Of a DNA stretch of 64,000 bases, positions 13,546 to 28,311 are shown in pieces. This DNA is from Octopus sinensis. Taxonomy: Eukaryota. Made by a program: the position numbers and the translations under genes. The DNA lies in the NCBI RefSeq assembly GCF_006345805.1, contig NC_043005.1:29884001-29948000 (forward strand). The letters run 5' to 3'. Position 1 is the stretch's first letter. Each line of letters starts with the position of its first letter. The notes under the pieces were generated by a model that was given only the letters and a program-made list of their open reading frames with translations, was not told the DNA's origin and searched no databases.

Positions 13546-14291
13546 GTCTTCCTTTTGGAATCCTGTCTGGCTGTAATAGAGCATGTCTAAGAATAAAACC
13601 AGGGGCAATGACTTCAATAGGATAGTGTTTTGAGCAAAACCAGGTTTTATCTTAATCTTTTTGCTATTATTTACTCTTGAAGTGGTCTGTTGCCAGATGC
13701 ACCTATACATACCACTTCACACACACACACATACACACACAACAACAACACAAACAATTCATTCACTATATTAATCAAAAATAGTCTCAACTGTGTAATT
13801 GTAACAACATTGTTTCTCTCATTATTATTGATCATAATTATTCATTATACTTTCTTAAATACGTTGTCTCACATTTTCACTGGTAAATTTTGATGTTTTG
13901 GCTACAAACAGACAGGGTTTCAGACAGCCGTTGTATGATTCATAGTTATTGTTAAAGGTTAAGTCTCAGGTATCTGTTCACTCTTTAACATTTGATAACA
14001 TACATATCATGTCTATCAACAGTTTGAAGATGCTTTGTGAGAAATTGAAATCGTGGGACTAATTTCTGTTTTCTAGTAAATATATTGGAACTCTTTTCTG
14101 TATTAACTTTCATAGTCTTAATGTTTTGTGTATACAGAAATAATTTTGTATCAAATTTAAAAGTCAAATAATTGAAATTTTCCCATCTTTTTTTAACTTT
14201 TGTAAATGGCTTTCAATTTTTTCTAAATTAACTAAAAATAATTAAATATTATGAGAATAAAACTTTTGTAAAAATTATCACACAAAATTTA

Positions 14292-14340
<49 letters not shown>

Positions 14341-16009
14341 CATATATATATACATATAAATGCAACTAAAATCTTGCAATATTTATTTTTCTCTGTGTGT
14401 CATTGAAAAATTAATGACTGTCAATTCAAAGCATGATTATCTTGAGTTTTCTGTAGAAATGGTCTCTTCCAATATTGATTATCAGTCACATAGAATTAAG
14501 TCTGAAATTCTTTCACGTGTAATCATTTACTCTAAGTGCAGCATATTTGGCCATTCTGTGAAATAATGAATTGGAAGCAATATGCTTTCTTGTAGAGATT
14601 GATATTAAAGGATTTATTGGAATTGGGGTTCACTCAATGCTAAAACTCTTGGACTAGCTGCAAAAGAGTGAAAAGATGTTGCTAGAAAATTGTCAGTAGC
14701 CACTGAGAAAGCAAGTCGTTACATCTGGTTCAAAAGAAAGCATGAGTGATGCAGTTAGAATAAGCATTAACGATGATAGAAACATCTGGCCCAGAGTCAC
14801 AACATCTGACTTGACAAAGCTTGTACTTTTGTGCAGGGACTTAGTTGCCTACATCAGGGGATGACCCCCCCCCCTCCAAGAAGCTTTGGCATTACAGTTG
14901 AAGGGGCCAAAACACTTACAGAGCCACTTCACCACCTGATGAGACATCAACTCCTGCATTTGGAGACAGACTGCAGCTGCACCCCCCCCCCCCAGCACAC
15001 AATCATTGACCCTAAATGCATTCAAAAATTAGGAATACAATTTCATAAGCTACCCTTGGGGGCCTCTCTCAATCTTGAGTGATCATTCATCTGCACACAT
15101 ATCTACTGGCTGGAATAGCATTTCTTTTTGTGGCAGACTGACTATTACTCATGTATGCAAGTCTATTCAATCCACATCGCTGATGTTTATCCAATACGAA
15201 TGGCTATTGACATAAGCTGTATACAAGGAGTTAATTCTATAAATATTGATAGATTTGAAGTTTTGCCAAACGATTATGGTGAAATTATGATTAAATACAA
15301 TTCTGCAATGCAATCTAAGGAAGTTCAGAATTACAGATGGATTTAGGAGTCGTCATTTTAATAATCACTTTGTCAGTGAAGTATATTCTTGCCATATTAC
15401 TGTTCCAACTTCAGTGCTACTTCATGCTGTGAATAAAACCATTTTGTTTATTTACATCATTAAAGGAAAGATAAACTAGAGAATGAATTATTATTTTGTG
15501 TATGTGTGTGTGTGTGTGTGTGTGTGCGTGTGTGTGTGTGTGTGTGTGCGTGCATGTGTTTATGCATGTGTGTGTGTGTGTGTACGTGTATGTGTGTGTG
15601 TACGTGTGTGTGTATCCTGCTGCTTTTACTCTGGTCCCTCAACTTGTGCACGAGTTATTGTATTAGAGCCATGACTACAATATGTCTTAGCCATTTGAGA
15701 CTTGATGGAGCCTTTCCATTTCCAGCTCTGAATGTAGCCAATCTCTTCAAGAATCAAACCCCAGTGTGACACAGTTTACTGCAACTGACAATATCAATAC
15801 TGCTTTTATCCATTCATGTGAAAATGGTGAACCATTCACAAACCTAACCATTATATTCTCCACTCTGCTTAATAACCAGCATTTTATGCTCAGAAGAGGA
15901 AATTTTGGTAAATAAACCAAACCTAGCTGGTTTCATTTTCGTTTTCATGCCTCACCTCACCTCTGGCCATCAATGTTTTTTGTAGGGATGGAAAGAGTAT
16001 GATCGCAAG

Positions 16010-16230
16010 TAAAAGTCACTGAAACAGGATTCCTATGATGGATCTCTGGAATAACATTATTTGAGATTGTGCACAGTTTGGATATCAAAGACTCTCTCCC
16101 AGTCAAGTTGTTGCCTCTCCACTTTGAGAGGTCACAACTCTGGTGCTATGAATGTTGCAGGAAAAAATCAAAAGATGGATTCTTCAAACCAAGTCAGCCA
16201 GTTGGAGACTTAGGGGTAAACCAAAAAATG
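16010..16230 (+). pseudogene. Decayed RTE ORF C-terminal fragment
   Basis: TETGFL*WISGITLFEIVHSLDIKDSLPVKLLPLHFERSQLW resembles the RTE pattern EMxFLRRIxGxTLxDxVRSxDIRxxL...ERSQLRW. Confidence 0.55.
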
Positions 16231-17356
16231 GAAGGTGTTATGATGGATGCTTCTGATAGGAACCCCACAACCCACCCAGGAATAGGGAGCAGAGGAAATG
16301 GGTGGACAGTTGGTTTATTCTTAAATACTAGGCTGTTTGGGGCAGTTTTGAAATCCCGTTTATTAGGGACAAAATGTATTTCTGCAGTATCATATTACTG
16401 AGGATGATGTTCCAGCTCATCTTCATCTATTTTGGTCGCTTTATGAAAATAAACCTGTGAAAATGCTTCTGTCTGTTGCTTCAAAATACCCTCAGTATCA
16501 TTGATCCAAGTACTGGACCCCATTTTCAGAATTAAGAGGAACAAAACTGATCAGCAAGGACCAAATATCTGTTTTAAAAAGTTGGACATTGATTTAGAAT
16601 CCCTTTTTCTTATGAAAATCCAATTCTATATCTGTGAATATACTTGCCCATCACTTGTGATGACGACGATGACGACAACAATAACAACAGCAACGACAAC
16701 AATGCCATTTCAGTTTGGCTAACTTGAATGTGTCTCAAATCGTCTGAGTTGGAAAAGTTTTGTGGTGGAGTGCATGCATACTTGGACGAAATAATTGAGC
16801 TTCACTTGGACTGACACAGGACTGTTGGGTGGATAATGGAGATGAAAGTAGTTGTGGGTACCCACCCTAACAACCCTTGATACACAAAGCAATGATCAGC
16901 ACAGTCATGATGACTGTGATGATGCTATGTGACATATATATATATATATATATATATATGTGATACATAACTTGTGTGAAGCAGTCCTGTTGATGGTGGT
17001 GGAGGTGAGGGTTGTTTTTGATGATGGGAATGGTGATATTGATGATGATGATGATGTTAACCTTTACAGATGACATTCTTTAGATTGTTGTTGTTGTTGG
17101 TAGTGGTGGTGGTGGTGGTGGTGGTGGTGGTGGTAGCATTGGTATTAGTTGGGATGGTGGCAATGATCTTTACTATAACCATCACTATCACCATCACCAC
17201 TACCAAAACTAGTCCCACTGCCATTATTACCATTGCTATCAACATTTTACCACCACTACCACAACTGTAACATAAACCGGTAATTTATCCTTTGTACAAT
17301 TCTGGATCAGAGTTTGAGTGTGTGTGTGTGTATGCATGTGTGTTGCAAGTATGTAC

Positions 17357-17391
<35 letters not shown>

Positions 17392-17819
17392 CATGTGTCA
17401 ATCACTGTCCCTTCTAAACTTTCTACATATATGTTCACACAGCTCTTGCAACATGCATACAAACCAAATTAACATACACAGAAAAGAAATTAATGGTCAC
17501 AAAAGGTTAATTATCTAAAATAATGTAGTAATTAATAATTATACTCATTAGCTATTCAGTGCACACACACATATCATTGTCAGAAGGGAAGGAAAAAAAT
17601 TTACTCAACAAAAGTCTTTTCTCCACATTTGACTAGAGAGAACGTTGATGTGTGCGTGTGGGGGTGGAGGTGGGGGTGTTTGCTTGTGTGTTTGAGTATG
17701 AGTGCTTGTGTGTTTGTGTATGTGTGAGTTTGTGTGTGTTTGTGTGAGTATGTGTGTGTGCTTGTGTGAGTGTGTGTGTGTTTGTGTGAGTGCGTCTGTG
17801 TGTGTTTGTGTATGTATGT

Positions 17820-17851
<32 letters not shown>

Positions 17852-18406
17852 TGTGTGTGTGTGTGTGTGTGTGATGATGTGTTCCTGCTTGCTGCACAAC
17901 CACTACTGTGGAAGCATTTATTGTGATCACATTGGAACAAAGCCGTTTTGATTACAATAACCAGCTTTACCCAAGGTGCCACACAGTGGGACTGAACCCA
18001 GAACCATGTCATTGAGAAGCAAGCTTCTTACCACACAGCCATACCTGCTCCTGTATTCTTCGTTATTTTCAAAATTAAGTGGAATAAAAGCAGGATAGTT
18101 CAACAGGAACATTGTCATGGAAGCAAATAAAGGTCTTTAGATTCACCTTAGGCAGTGACTTCTATAATAAGTATAGAGGCTATCACCACCACCAACCACC
18201 ACCACCACCACCACCATCATCACCACCATATCCTCCACCATGCGCTCTTGCTATCTCTGTCCAGCTTCCCTTCATGTTCCTCCATCTCCCCCACCCCACA
18301 AGGTCCACCCTGACACCTCACCATCACAAACTTTAATCTCCCTTTCAAGCTCCCCACTGAATACTCTCATCTATCTATTTATCAATCCATTGATCTCTCT
18401 CTCTCA

Positions 18407-18557
18407 GGCGTAGCTCTGTGGTAAGAAGCTTGCTTACCAACCACATGGTTCTGGGTTCTGTCCCACTGCGTGGCACCTTGGGCAAGTGTCTTCTACTATA
18501 GCCTTGGGCTGACCAAAGCCTTGTAAGTAGATTTGGTAGACGGAAACTGAAAGAAGC

Positions 18558-18623
<66 letters not shown>

Positions 18624-18856
18624 TGTATGTATATTTATGTGTGTGTGTCTTTGTGTCTTCTGTCTGTGTTTGTCTCCCAGTATCGCTTGACAACTGATGC
18701 TGGTGTGATTATGTGTCCATAACTTAGTGGTTCGACAAAAGTGACTGATAGAATAAGTACTAGGCTTACAAAGAATAAGTCCTGAGGTCGACTTCTTTGA
18801 CTAACAGTGGTGCTGCAGCATGGCCACAGTAAAATGACTGAAATGTGTAAAAGAGT
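18407..18856 (+). mobile_element. SINE family A copy
   Basis: Aligns with 705-1093. Confidence 0.85.
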
Positions 18857-19662
18857 ATATATATAGAGAGAGAATGAGATGATATTTATGTATAGTTATA
18901 TATAGATAGATAGATACCATTTTATGAATATGATGATGATGGTGATGATGACGCCAACGATGATGATGATAATGATGTTGATGATCTTATATGAGCACTA
19001 TGCGGCAAATCTCACTATATTCCAGCCTTTCTACCAATTTGTTTATTGTTCTGTCTGTCAATGTATCTTCCACAATATCATCTCTCACGATTCAGTCAAC
19101 TTGCAACTTCTCAAAGTGTTATTGGTTGTTGTCTGTCACACGGTTCTCTTCTGTTACATCACATTCAATGGCATTTAACATTATGTTTACAATTATGTGG
19201 CTATATACATCTTGTACTTACATCAAGCATTTATGTGTACTTTACAAGTATCTACTGACATGCATGTAGGTAGATACTCACTGCTCATACATGTGTGTGT
19301 GTCTGTGTGTGTTTGTGTGTGTCTGTGTGTGTGTGTGATCATTTAACGCCCACTTTTTCGTGCCAGACAAGATTTTGTTGAGACAGATTTTTCTATGGAT
19401 GTAATATTTCCCACAGCTAGACATGTTTGTGCAGAATAATGCAAATGAATGACAGTGACATGCATTTACACCTATCATGTCATGTCGAGACAAGGATACA
19501 CACAAACACACACACATATACACACACACACATATAGACACACACACACACATATACACACACACATATACACACACACAAACACGCGCATCAAGAAAAA
19601 TACAAGGACGAGTTTGTACAAAGATGTTATTAGTTTGACTCTTGAACAGAGAAGAGAAAGAG

Positions 19663-19699
19663 TTTTGGACGTTTCAGACATTAGTCCTTCATCGCAAAA
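19663..19699 (-). ncRNA. Degenerate minimal hammerhead motif
   Basis: ttttg-C(-)GATGA-aggac/taat/gtct-GAAA-cGTC-caaaa; core lacks one U. Confidence 0.45.
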
Positions 19700-20478
19700 A
19701 TGAAAAAGGGAAAAGGTGGTGAAAAGGAAAGAAGAAAAATGTTTAGGGTACAAATGGGTATGCAGTTCTATGGGGGGTAGTGAGGTAGGGTGTTGTGTGC
19801 ATGTATAGGAGTGTATTTGTGTAAGGAGATGTACATAGTAGGAGGTGTGTGGGTGGTGTGGGGTGCAGGTGGTTAGTTAGGTGTGAGTGGAATAAAGTGG
19901 GGTGTGAATGTGTTGTAGATGAGAAGGAGGTATAGAAAGAGAAAGAACTGGGAGAGGAAGCATTTAAGAAAACTGTGCACTTGGTAAAACAAAAATTAGT
20001 GGATTAAAGGGATCTCTCAGCTCTTTTGCTCTTCTCTCACATCAGTCACTTGAGAAAGTGCACCAAGGAAGAGGTGGGCATTTCACCTTGTCATTATCAG
20101 TAGAAGAAATGTTGCCTTGTACACAATAAGTCTAGGGAGTACCCAGTTTGCTAAGATGTGTAAGGTTACTCAAAGTAGTATGACCAAGGAGAGGAACAGT
20201 GCAAGACAGCGGTGATAGAAGAAAGACTAGAATGGTGGATAAAAGGATTAATTGCGAGACAGTAGAAACAGATTGATTGAGCTTAAGACGGGTGGAGAGA
20301 GTGACAGATAAAAGCAGAGGAGGTCAAAGGCAAAGGTAGTTGATGAGTGACAAAAGAAGTGACCCAAGGGAGAAAGAAAGTGCAATGGTCAAGAGCATGA
20401 GAAAGAGGGAAATTAGTGTGTCTTGGTTACGGAGGAGTCAATGCAGTCTCTTATACAGGGCAAAAGAGGTAGAATAGT

Positions 20479-20643
20479 ATATTATTTACATTTGACAAAT
20501 ATTTGTCCTCATCTTGTTTGTTGTTAACACAACATTTCAGCTGATACACCCTCCAGCCTTCATCAGGTATCTTGGGGAAATTTCGAACCTGGGTTCTTAT
20601 TCCTAACGTATTTTTCGATGTTGTTATTATTATTATTATTATC

Positions 20644-20709
<66 letters not shown>

Positions 20710-21047
20710 CACAGTCATACACAGATACAATCGTCCAACCCATGCTAGCATGGACGATTTGACAGGTCTGGCAAACCAGATCCATCAGATGTAAATAATG
20801 TACATAATTCACCTGGCACCTGTGCAGGTGGCACGTAAAAAGCACCCACTACACTCACGGAGTGGTTGGCGTTAGGAAGGGCATCCAGCTGTAGAAACAA
20901 TGCCAAATTAGACTGGAGCCTGGTGCAGCCTTCTGGCTTCCCAGAACCCCGGTCGAACCGTCCAACCCATGCTAGCATGGAGAACGGACGTTAAACGACG
21001 ATGATGATGATGATGAATTCCTCATCTCTTAAATATAGAACTATATT
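20479..21047. mobile_element. PLE pseudo-LTR-type fold-back insertion with a nested RTE 3' end (20811-21015)
   Basis: 12-bp direct repeat aggtagaatagt at 20467 and 21048; hammerhead-like core at 20526-20571 (-); RTE flanked by aattc duplication. Confidence 0.65.
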
Positions 21048-21499
21048 AGGTAGAATAGTGTGGGTGATAGTGAGCAGAAAAAGTCTGAATGCAGGACAGA
21101 CACAGCACTTCTGAAAATTTTCAAATATTTTTCTTTACTGTTTGAAATGAGTTGGCAATTTGCAAGGAATTTAGATGTTTTTATTTTTCTTTACACTTAT
21201 TATAAGGAATGGTTAATTTTCTATACAATGTTGTCGTTAGTAGTTAACTACATAATGCAAAATGAATGCTGAAATCTAAAATAAATTTAGCACCCAAGTA
21301 AGCCGTGACAGGATTTGAACTCTGAATGTTAAAGGCTGGAACAAATACAGCTTGTTATTTGATCTGACATTCTTACAGTCACACCAATACAACACTTTCA
21401 ACTGGCATCTTTTTCATCAATCCTGAAGACATGAAAAATAAGTTTGACCCCAGCAGGATTTGAATTCAACTACCATATGATCGTGGTTGATGTCAGCTC

Positions 21500-21685
21500 C
21501 TCTGGCACCTTGTGCTGGTGGCATGTAAAAAGCACCCACTACACTCTCAGAGTGGTTGCCGTTAGGAAGGGCATCCAGCTGTAGAAACATTGCCAGATCA
21601 GATTGGGGCCTGGTGCAGCATCCTGGCTTCCCAGACCTCAGTTGAACTGTCCAACCCATGCCAGCATGGAAAATGGACGTTAAAC

Positions 21686-21716
<31 letters not shown>

Positions 21717-21720
21717 CTGA
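21500..21720 (+). mobile_element. RTE 3' end copy
   Basis: Conserved 3' UTR plus (GAT)n. Confidence 0.75.
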
Positions 21721-21853
21721 TGATGGTGATGATTCTGTCCAGCACTGATAATTCTACCATTTGACCTTTTATATGTGTGTACATATAAATGTGTATGTGT
21801 ATATATGTGCATACGTGTGTATCTGTGCATACATACATACATACATACATACA

Positions 21854-21884
<31 letters not shown>

Positions 21885-22697
21885 GTATACACACACAATA
21901 TCTTATTGACAAGTTTAGATGTTAGATCTCTCTCTCGCTCTCTCTCTCTCTCTCTCCTCTTTCTCCTCTCTCTATTGCCTTAATTCTAAAGAAAAATTAC
22001 TTGAAACACAAAGAGATTCTTCCTTCTCTTTCTGACAGTTTGACGAGTGTAAAAAAAAAAGTTTGTGAAACGATTTTTAATAAAGATAAAACTCCATGAG
22101 AACCCAGCTGTGAGAGAATAGATTTGTTAAGACACACACGCACACACACACACACACACCATCACAGCATTTTGATGGCAATCATTGCAGAACACACACA
22201 CATACACACGAACACACACACACATGCACACACACACACATATCTACACCCAGCTGTAGGCGTTTGTAGAAACTTTAATAAACGTGAAATTGTTCACTTT
22301 ATTGTATCTGTTACTTTATATCACTAGCATACAAAACATAAACAAGAATATAATAGCTTTTGCAAGAGAAATAATGAAGCTGATGATGATGATGATGATG
22401 ATGATGGATATTTTGTTGAGAATTTATAGCAATATTAAATTGAAGTAAAAGTGGTGACATATATTGGTATGACTGGAATTGCAATACCTGAGTATGGCAT
22501 TCATCAAAAGATAATAACTTTAAATGCAGCAGAAGATGATATTGGCCCTTCTCTGTCAACAGAGCCAAAAACACAAACACACAAACCCATGTAAACAAAG
22601 GTTGTATGTGCATTCATAGCTTTTTACTGAGAGTAGAAAGAAATTATGTAACACTGCATATAACACAGTAATTATGAGATTCAACATCATTTCATAT

Positions 22698-22733
<36 letters not shown>

Positions 22734-23179
22734 GTATGTGTGTACGTACGTGTGTGTGTGTACGTGTGTGTGTGTGCGTGTGTGTGTGTACGTGTGTGTG
22801 TGTACGTGTGTGGTGTGTGTACGTGTGTGTGTGTATATACATATAAATATATATATATATACATATACACACATATATATATAAATAATACATAAATATA
22901 TGCATGTATATATACATGTACATACCTACATGTATATGTATATATACATGCATATATGGGTACAGGACATCAGAAAAACGTAGACACAATGAGAAAATGA
23001 AAACAAAACAAACAGAGAAACAAGACATGCAACATAAAGAACATTCCGCTTCATCAGTTGTCCCTGTTTCATCTACTCTATGTTTCGAAGGTAAGGACAA
23101 TGTGCGACTTCGTTGAAACAGTCCTTACCGCAAATGTTAATCATAAGGACTGTTTCAACAAAGTCGCACATTGTATATA

Positions 23180-23482
23180 TCAGCACCATCCAAATGAGGC
23201 CAATGCAAGTGCCCCTTGACTGGTTCCCATGCTGGTGGCACATAAAAAGCACTATCCAAATGTGATCAATGCCAGGCCCAACTGACTGGCTCCTGTGTCA
23301 GTGGCATATAAAAAGCACCCACTCCACTCTCAGGGTAGCTGACATTAGGAAGGGCATCCAGCTGTAGAAACTTTACCAGATCAGATTGGAGTCTGGGGCA
23401 GCCAGTGGCTTTCCAGACCTCAATCAAAACCAACCAGCCCATGGAAAGTGGACGTTAAACGATGATGATGATGATGATGATG
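23180..23482 (+). mobile_element. RTE 3' end copy with ~60-bp tandem units
   Basis: Same 3' UTR with two or three tandem units. Confidence 0.72.
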
Positions 23483-23912
23483 CATGCATACATGAATGAC
23501 AGACTTCTTCAGTTTCCCTCTCATCCATTCACATGATTCTGGTTGGCCTGGGGTTGCCCAAAGTGCCACACAGTGCAACTGAACTGAAACCATGTAGTTG
23601 GTGGGTCTTTTGCACATCTACCCACCAAATTCCATTCATAAGGGATTGGTCAGTATTAGGCTACAACATTAAACACTTGCCCAAAGTGTCACAGTGCGGA
23701 ATCAAATTAATGCAGCAAAATGTTCCCCTGAGGATCCATTCTTGTTAGGCTTCCATTTGCACTTGGAACATCGAATGCAGGGTTCCAAGCAACCTGAATG
23801 ACGAAACATACACAGAAACTAATATTAACTTGTGGTTATCGTAATCTCTCCTACGTTTGTTCCCTCTCTCATAGCTAGAAATACTACTCAGGGTAGTAGT
23901 AACTAAACCACT

Positions 23913-25195
23913 ATAATAATAATAATAATAATAATAATTGTGTACAGTGCTCAGGTGCACTACAACTCATCTAAAGTGTATATATAATCAGGTGTAGTTT
24001 CGACGGATTTCGGGAAGCATGAGGGCCTTAAAGGATGCAGTGCCATGGCAGTCAACAACTGATGCAGGCAGTTTATTCCACGCTTCAGCAACCCTGAGCA
24101 TGAAAAAATGTTTCCGAAAGTCATGGGAGCTGTGCTGTTTTCTGACTTTGTAGGCATGTCCACGTGTGTTAGACACATGGAGATCAAAAAGGTGTTCAGT
24201 GTTGTTGTTGGTGAGGTGGTTGATAACCTTGTGGGTGTTACCAAGTCCGTCGCTAGACGCCAGAGCTTCAGTGAATCCATGCCCAGGGAAACAAGGCGCT
24301 CAGAATATGGTAGGTGTCTGATGGAGGGTATGCGTTTGGTTGCACGTCTCTGGACAGATTCCAGGAGGTCAATGTTCTGAGCAAGATAGGGATTCCAAAC
24401 TGATGATGCGAATTCCAAGTGTGGTCGTACCATAGCTGTATACAGTTTTAAATAGATGGCTGGAGAGCGGCTAACAAAAGTCTTGCTGAGTGATACCAAG
24501 ACACCCTCGGCCTTCTTGACAATTTTAGAGATATGCTTTGTCCAACGCAAATCACTGCTGACAGTGATGCCTAGGTCACGCTCGCAAGAGGATTTCTTGA
24601 TATCAGTGTTGTGGAGGGAGTATGTGGACGCAGGGTTTTTTCTCCCAAAATGCATGGTGGTACACTTGTCCACAGCCAGTTTCAGTTGCCAGTCTGTGAT
24701 CCATTGCTGCATTGTGTCTAGGTCTGATTGCAGGAAAGAGTTGTAGACATCAGGATCAGTCCTCTTGATTTCAAGGTACAGCTTGATGTCGTCTGCATAT
24801 TTCAATACTGTGGCATTCTTTAAATTGGCATCTATGTCATTAATGTATGCCACAAACAGGAGGGGACCAAGGACAGATCCCTGTGGTACACCCGATGACA
24901 TCTCATATGGTGTAGAGTGCTGTCCTAGAACTGTGACTACCTCCTTTCGGCTGAGGATGAAGGATTTCAACCAGTTAAAAAGGTCATCCCCCACACCCAT
25001 TGCAGAGAGTTTCACCATAAGCCTTTTGTGTGGCACAGAGTTGAAAGCCTTAGCAAAGTCAAGGTAGACAACATCCACCCATGAGCCACTGTCAGTGATC
25101 TGAGTAATGTCCTCAAGGAACTCGACAAGCTGGTCACTGCAGCTGGAGTTAGGGACAAATCCATATTGTGAGGGTCGGATGAGACTGGAAAGCAA
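23913..25195 (-). mobile_element. CR1-like non-LTR retrotransposon, 5'-truncated; RT domain with a 1-bp frameshift near 24239
   Basis: Motifs QYGF, YLDFAKAF, GVPQGSVLGPLLF, YADD and ERDLGI; the C-terminus TRGH...WNKLP is in a second frame; (TAT)n tail. Confidence 0.93.
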
Positions 25196-25430
25196 ACAGG
25201 ATTATGATAATCTATGTGGAGTTGTAAGTTTAGCACTTGTAGTTATACATCTATTTGTACAGACAAGAGATTATGATAGACATCAGTTTATGTTGTTAGT
25301 TCCCTGTGTCCATCTCACTGGTTGTTTTGAATGACAGCATTGGATGTTCTATGTACAGTTGGATGCTTAACTACAACAGCAGAGGAATGCTGTTCTGTAT
25401 CAACGTAACAGAGATCAAATATTATATATG

Positions 25431-26160
25431 TATTGGGTCATCCCATAAATAATGCAGTTTTTTCAATTGCCTGAACTAAAAGTTGAAGGGAGAAAGTATA
25501 AACTATCTGTATCAATTTACTATAAAGCAGGTACTAATTTTACCTTATACTTATTCTCAGTGCACGTTTGGAAGAGTGCAGTTCGATTTTAACTGTTATT
25601 TTTTTCAAAGCTATAATGGAATTGACAAAGGAGCATATTCGACATATTTTGCTTTATGAGTTCAATAAAGGCAACAATGCAACAGAAAGTGCAAAAAATA
25701 TTAATGCAGTATATGGGGATCGGACAATAAGTGTAAGTCAGTATCAGCGGTGGTTCCAGAAATTCCCAGCTGGAAACTAGAGCTTATAAGACAAGCATCG
25801 TTCTGGAAGATCTGTAGAGCTTGATGAGGATGTCCAGCAAATCCTGATGGAACAAAATCCCATCAAAACTATTGAGGAACTAACAGAGAAGCTTGGATTT
25901 GGTCATTCATCGACACCTGTGTGCCATCAGAAAAGTCAGCAAATTAGGTCAATGGGTTCCTCACAAACTTTCCAACTCTAATTGTGCACAGAGAGTGGAT
26001 GTGTGCTCTTCTTTGCTGTCCTGTCTCATGAATGGACCTTTTTTGGACCGAATAGTGACTGGTGATGAGAAATGGATCCTCTATAAAAATGTTAAGTGCT
26101 GAAGACAGTGGGTAGGGAAAGGAGAAACACTGGCACCCCAGGCTAAAGAAGAACTTCCAG
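25431..26160 (+). mobile_element. mariner transposon relic (left end plus disrupted transposase from ATG 25616)
   Basis: TA-ttgggtcatccc end; MELTKEHIRHILLYEF HTH, WFQKF, WVPHKL and FLDRIVTGDEKWILY; in-frame stops; 3' truncated. Confidence 0.88.
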
Positions 26161-27674
26161 TCCTCCATGTCAACTAACTTTTTCTTCAACTTCAAAATCT
26201 TTATGCTCTCCAACACTGTTGTCTCTTCACAAATACATGAAGCTCTTTCTGAAAATAGGAGATGTAAAAAGCTCATCAAATTTAGCTTGAACACCATGCA
26301 CATTCACGTATGCATGCACACACACATACACACACACACACACACACAGAAATGTGTGTGTGTATTTAACACTTCTTGGGCAGCAGTAACTGCTGTCAGT
26401 GCAAAGACATGTCCCACATTAATGAAAGACTGGACAGTTATGTCTGGAACCTTTTTAATGATGGGGCTCTGCCAAAAGAGAGCTGACCTGTTATGAAACA
26501 ACAGCCACAACCCTCTCATATGTTGTGATTAGGAATAAACAGGGTCCATGTTTATATTACTCATCTCAGGAATACCAAGTGGTACAGAGCCAAGATAAGA
26601 CATCAATGAAGGAGGTTTATAAGCCTTAAAAATTCACTCTGACACTGTCTACAAACATAGTATAGTGAATAAAGGCACTGGTTAATGTAGTGCAGTCACC
26701 TAGAGGTTCTTAGTTCAATTCCAGACACTGAAGAAGGTTGGAGAATACACAACCAAAAATTGTCAAAAACAACAACCAAGATGAGGACACTTCTCTTACT
26801 AATACATTACATAAAAATTCCTCATCTCAGAAATACAGAATTCTTCATCTTTGTTTTCCATATTGAAATTAGGTGTAGAACCCCGATGCTGAAGACAAGA
26901 AACAAATTCTAATTTAAAGGATTGGGGTAGTGAAAATTATCAACTTTTGATGGTCTCATTTGTAACAGGTACAAAGCTGGTTTTTGTGTTGAGTCCACAA
27001 AATTGTAACAATGGTTGTTTCTGATAGGACCCTATAGATGAGGTGTTTGAGGTCTCTATCTCCATGACTCTTCCTGAAACAGAGGACAGAGAAGATGGAT
27101 GGGGGGTGGAATACCTATGGACACACCTTGCATGAAACCCAAGTAGTAGGGCCAGTGCAAATATATTTAATGAAGTGACATTTTAATTAATTAAAATTAA
27201 TTCTTTTTAATTAACACATAATAAATAATTAAAAATACACTAGTGTTGAAGTTCAATGTGTGAAGATCATCAGAAAAAAATACATTTCTTGATTGACAAA
27301 AAAGTAAAGGTGTGTGACAGGAAGGGCCTCCCATCTTGGAATGGTGCCTTAATAAAGCCCAAAGCAAAAAAAAGAACCAATCCAGCACTGAATTGGTGCT
27401 TATTTTATTGATTCTGGAAGGATGAAGTACAAGGTTGATCTTGGTTAAATTTGAACTCATATCATAATGAAGTGGTTCAAACATGACAAGGCATTCTATT
27501 CAATACGTTATCGACTCTGCTAACTCACTGTCTTGATTATGTTTGTGTGTCTGTGTTTAAGGGTATGTATGAATCTGTGTGTGTGAGTTTCTGTGAGTGT
27601 GAATGTACATGTGTGTGTGTATGTCTCTCTATGCATGTATGCATTTGTGTATGTTCCTTTATGTGTATGTCTTT

Positions 27675-27693
27675 CTCTCTCTCTCTCTCTCTC

Positions 27694-27740
<47 letters not shown>

Positions 27741-27794
27741 TAATATATATATACATAATATATTATAATATATATATTATATATATATATATTA

Positions 27795-27836
<42 letters not shown>

Positions 27837-27972
27837 TATATACATAATATATATACATAATATATATATATGTAATATATATACATATATATAATATATA
27901 TATGATATATATATATAATATATATACAATATATATGATATATAATATATATATATATGTATATATATATAT
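27675..27972. repeat. (CT)n followed by degenerate (TA)n microsatellite
   Basis: Direct inspection. Confidence 0.9.
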
Positions 27973-28264
27973 ACCCTTGTTATCTATGTATATATCTGCA
28001 AATTTGTTGATGTGTTTTAGTTAGTTTATGGATGTTTGACTATGTAGCTTGTCATGAAAATAGTTTGTGTGTGTGTATTTGCTCATATCTGCAGGTGCAC
28101 ACCACACACACACTCACACAAACACACACACACAACCACAAAGAGACACACACATGCAGTGGGTAATGCTGTCATGATAACTACCAAACAATTTTATATA
28201 TGAAATGTCATTAAAGGTCAGCATCATGATTGTACTTAGACTAATACCTCTATGATTATTATTA

Positions 28265-28311
<47 letters not shown>

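Noticed and set aside
16400-16520. Possible pogo/Tigger DDE fragment
   Set aside because: Only faint DDVPAH and NTLSII resemblance; too degenerate to support.
22960-23175. Hammerhead candidate with a small inverted repeat
   Set aside because: CTGATGA and GAAA are present, but I could not build consistent stems.
23960-25195. 411-aa ORF as a host gene
   Set aside because: It is a 5'-truncated, frameshifted LINE reverse transcriptase.
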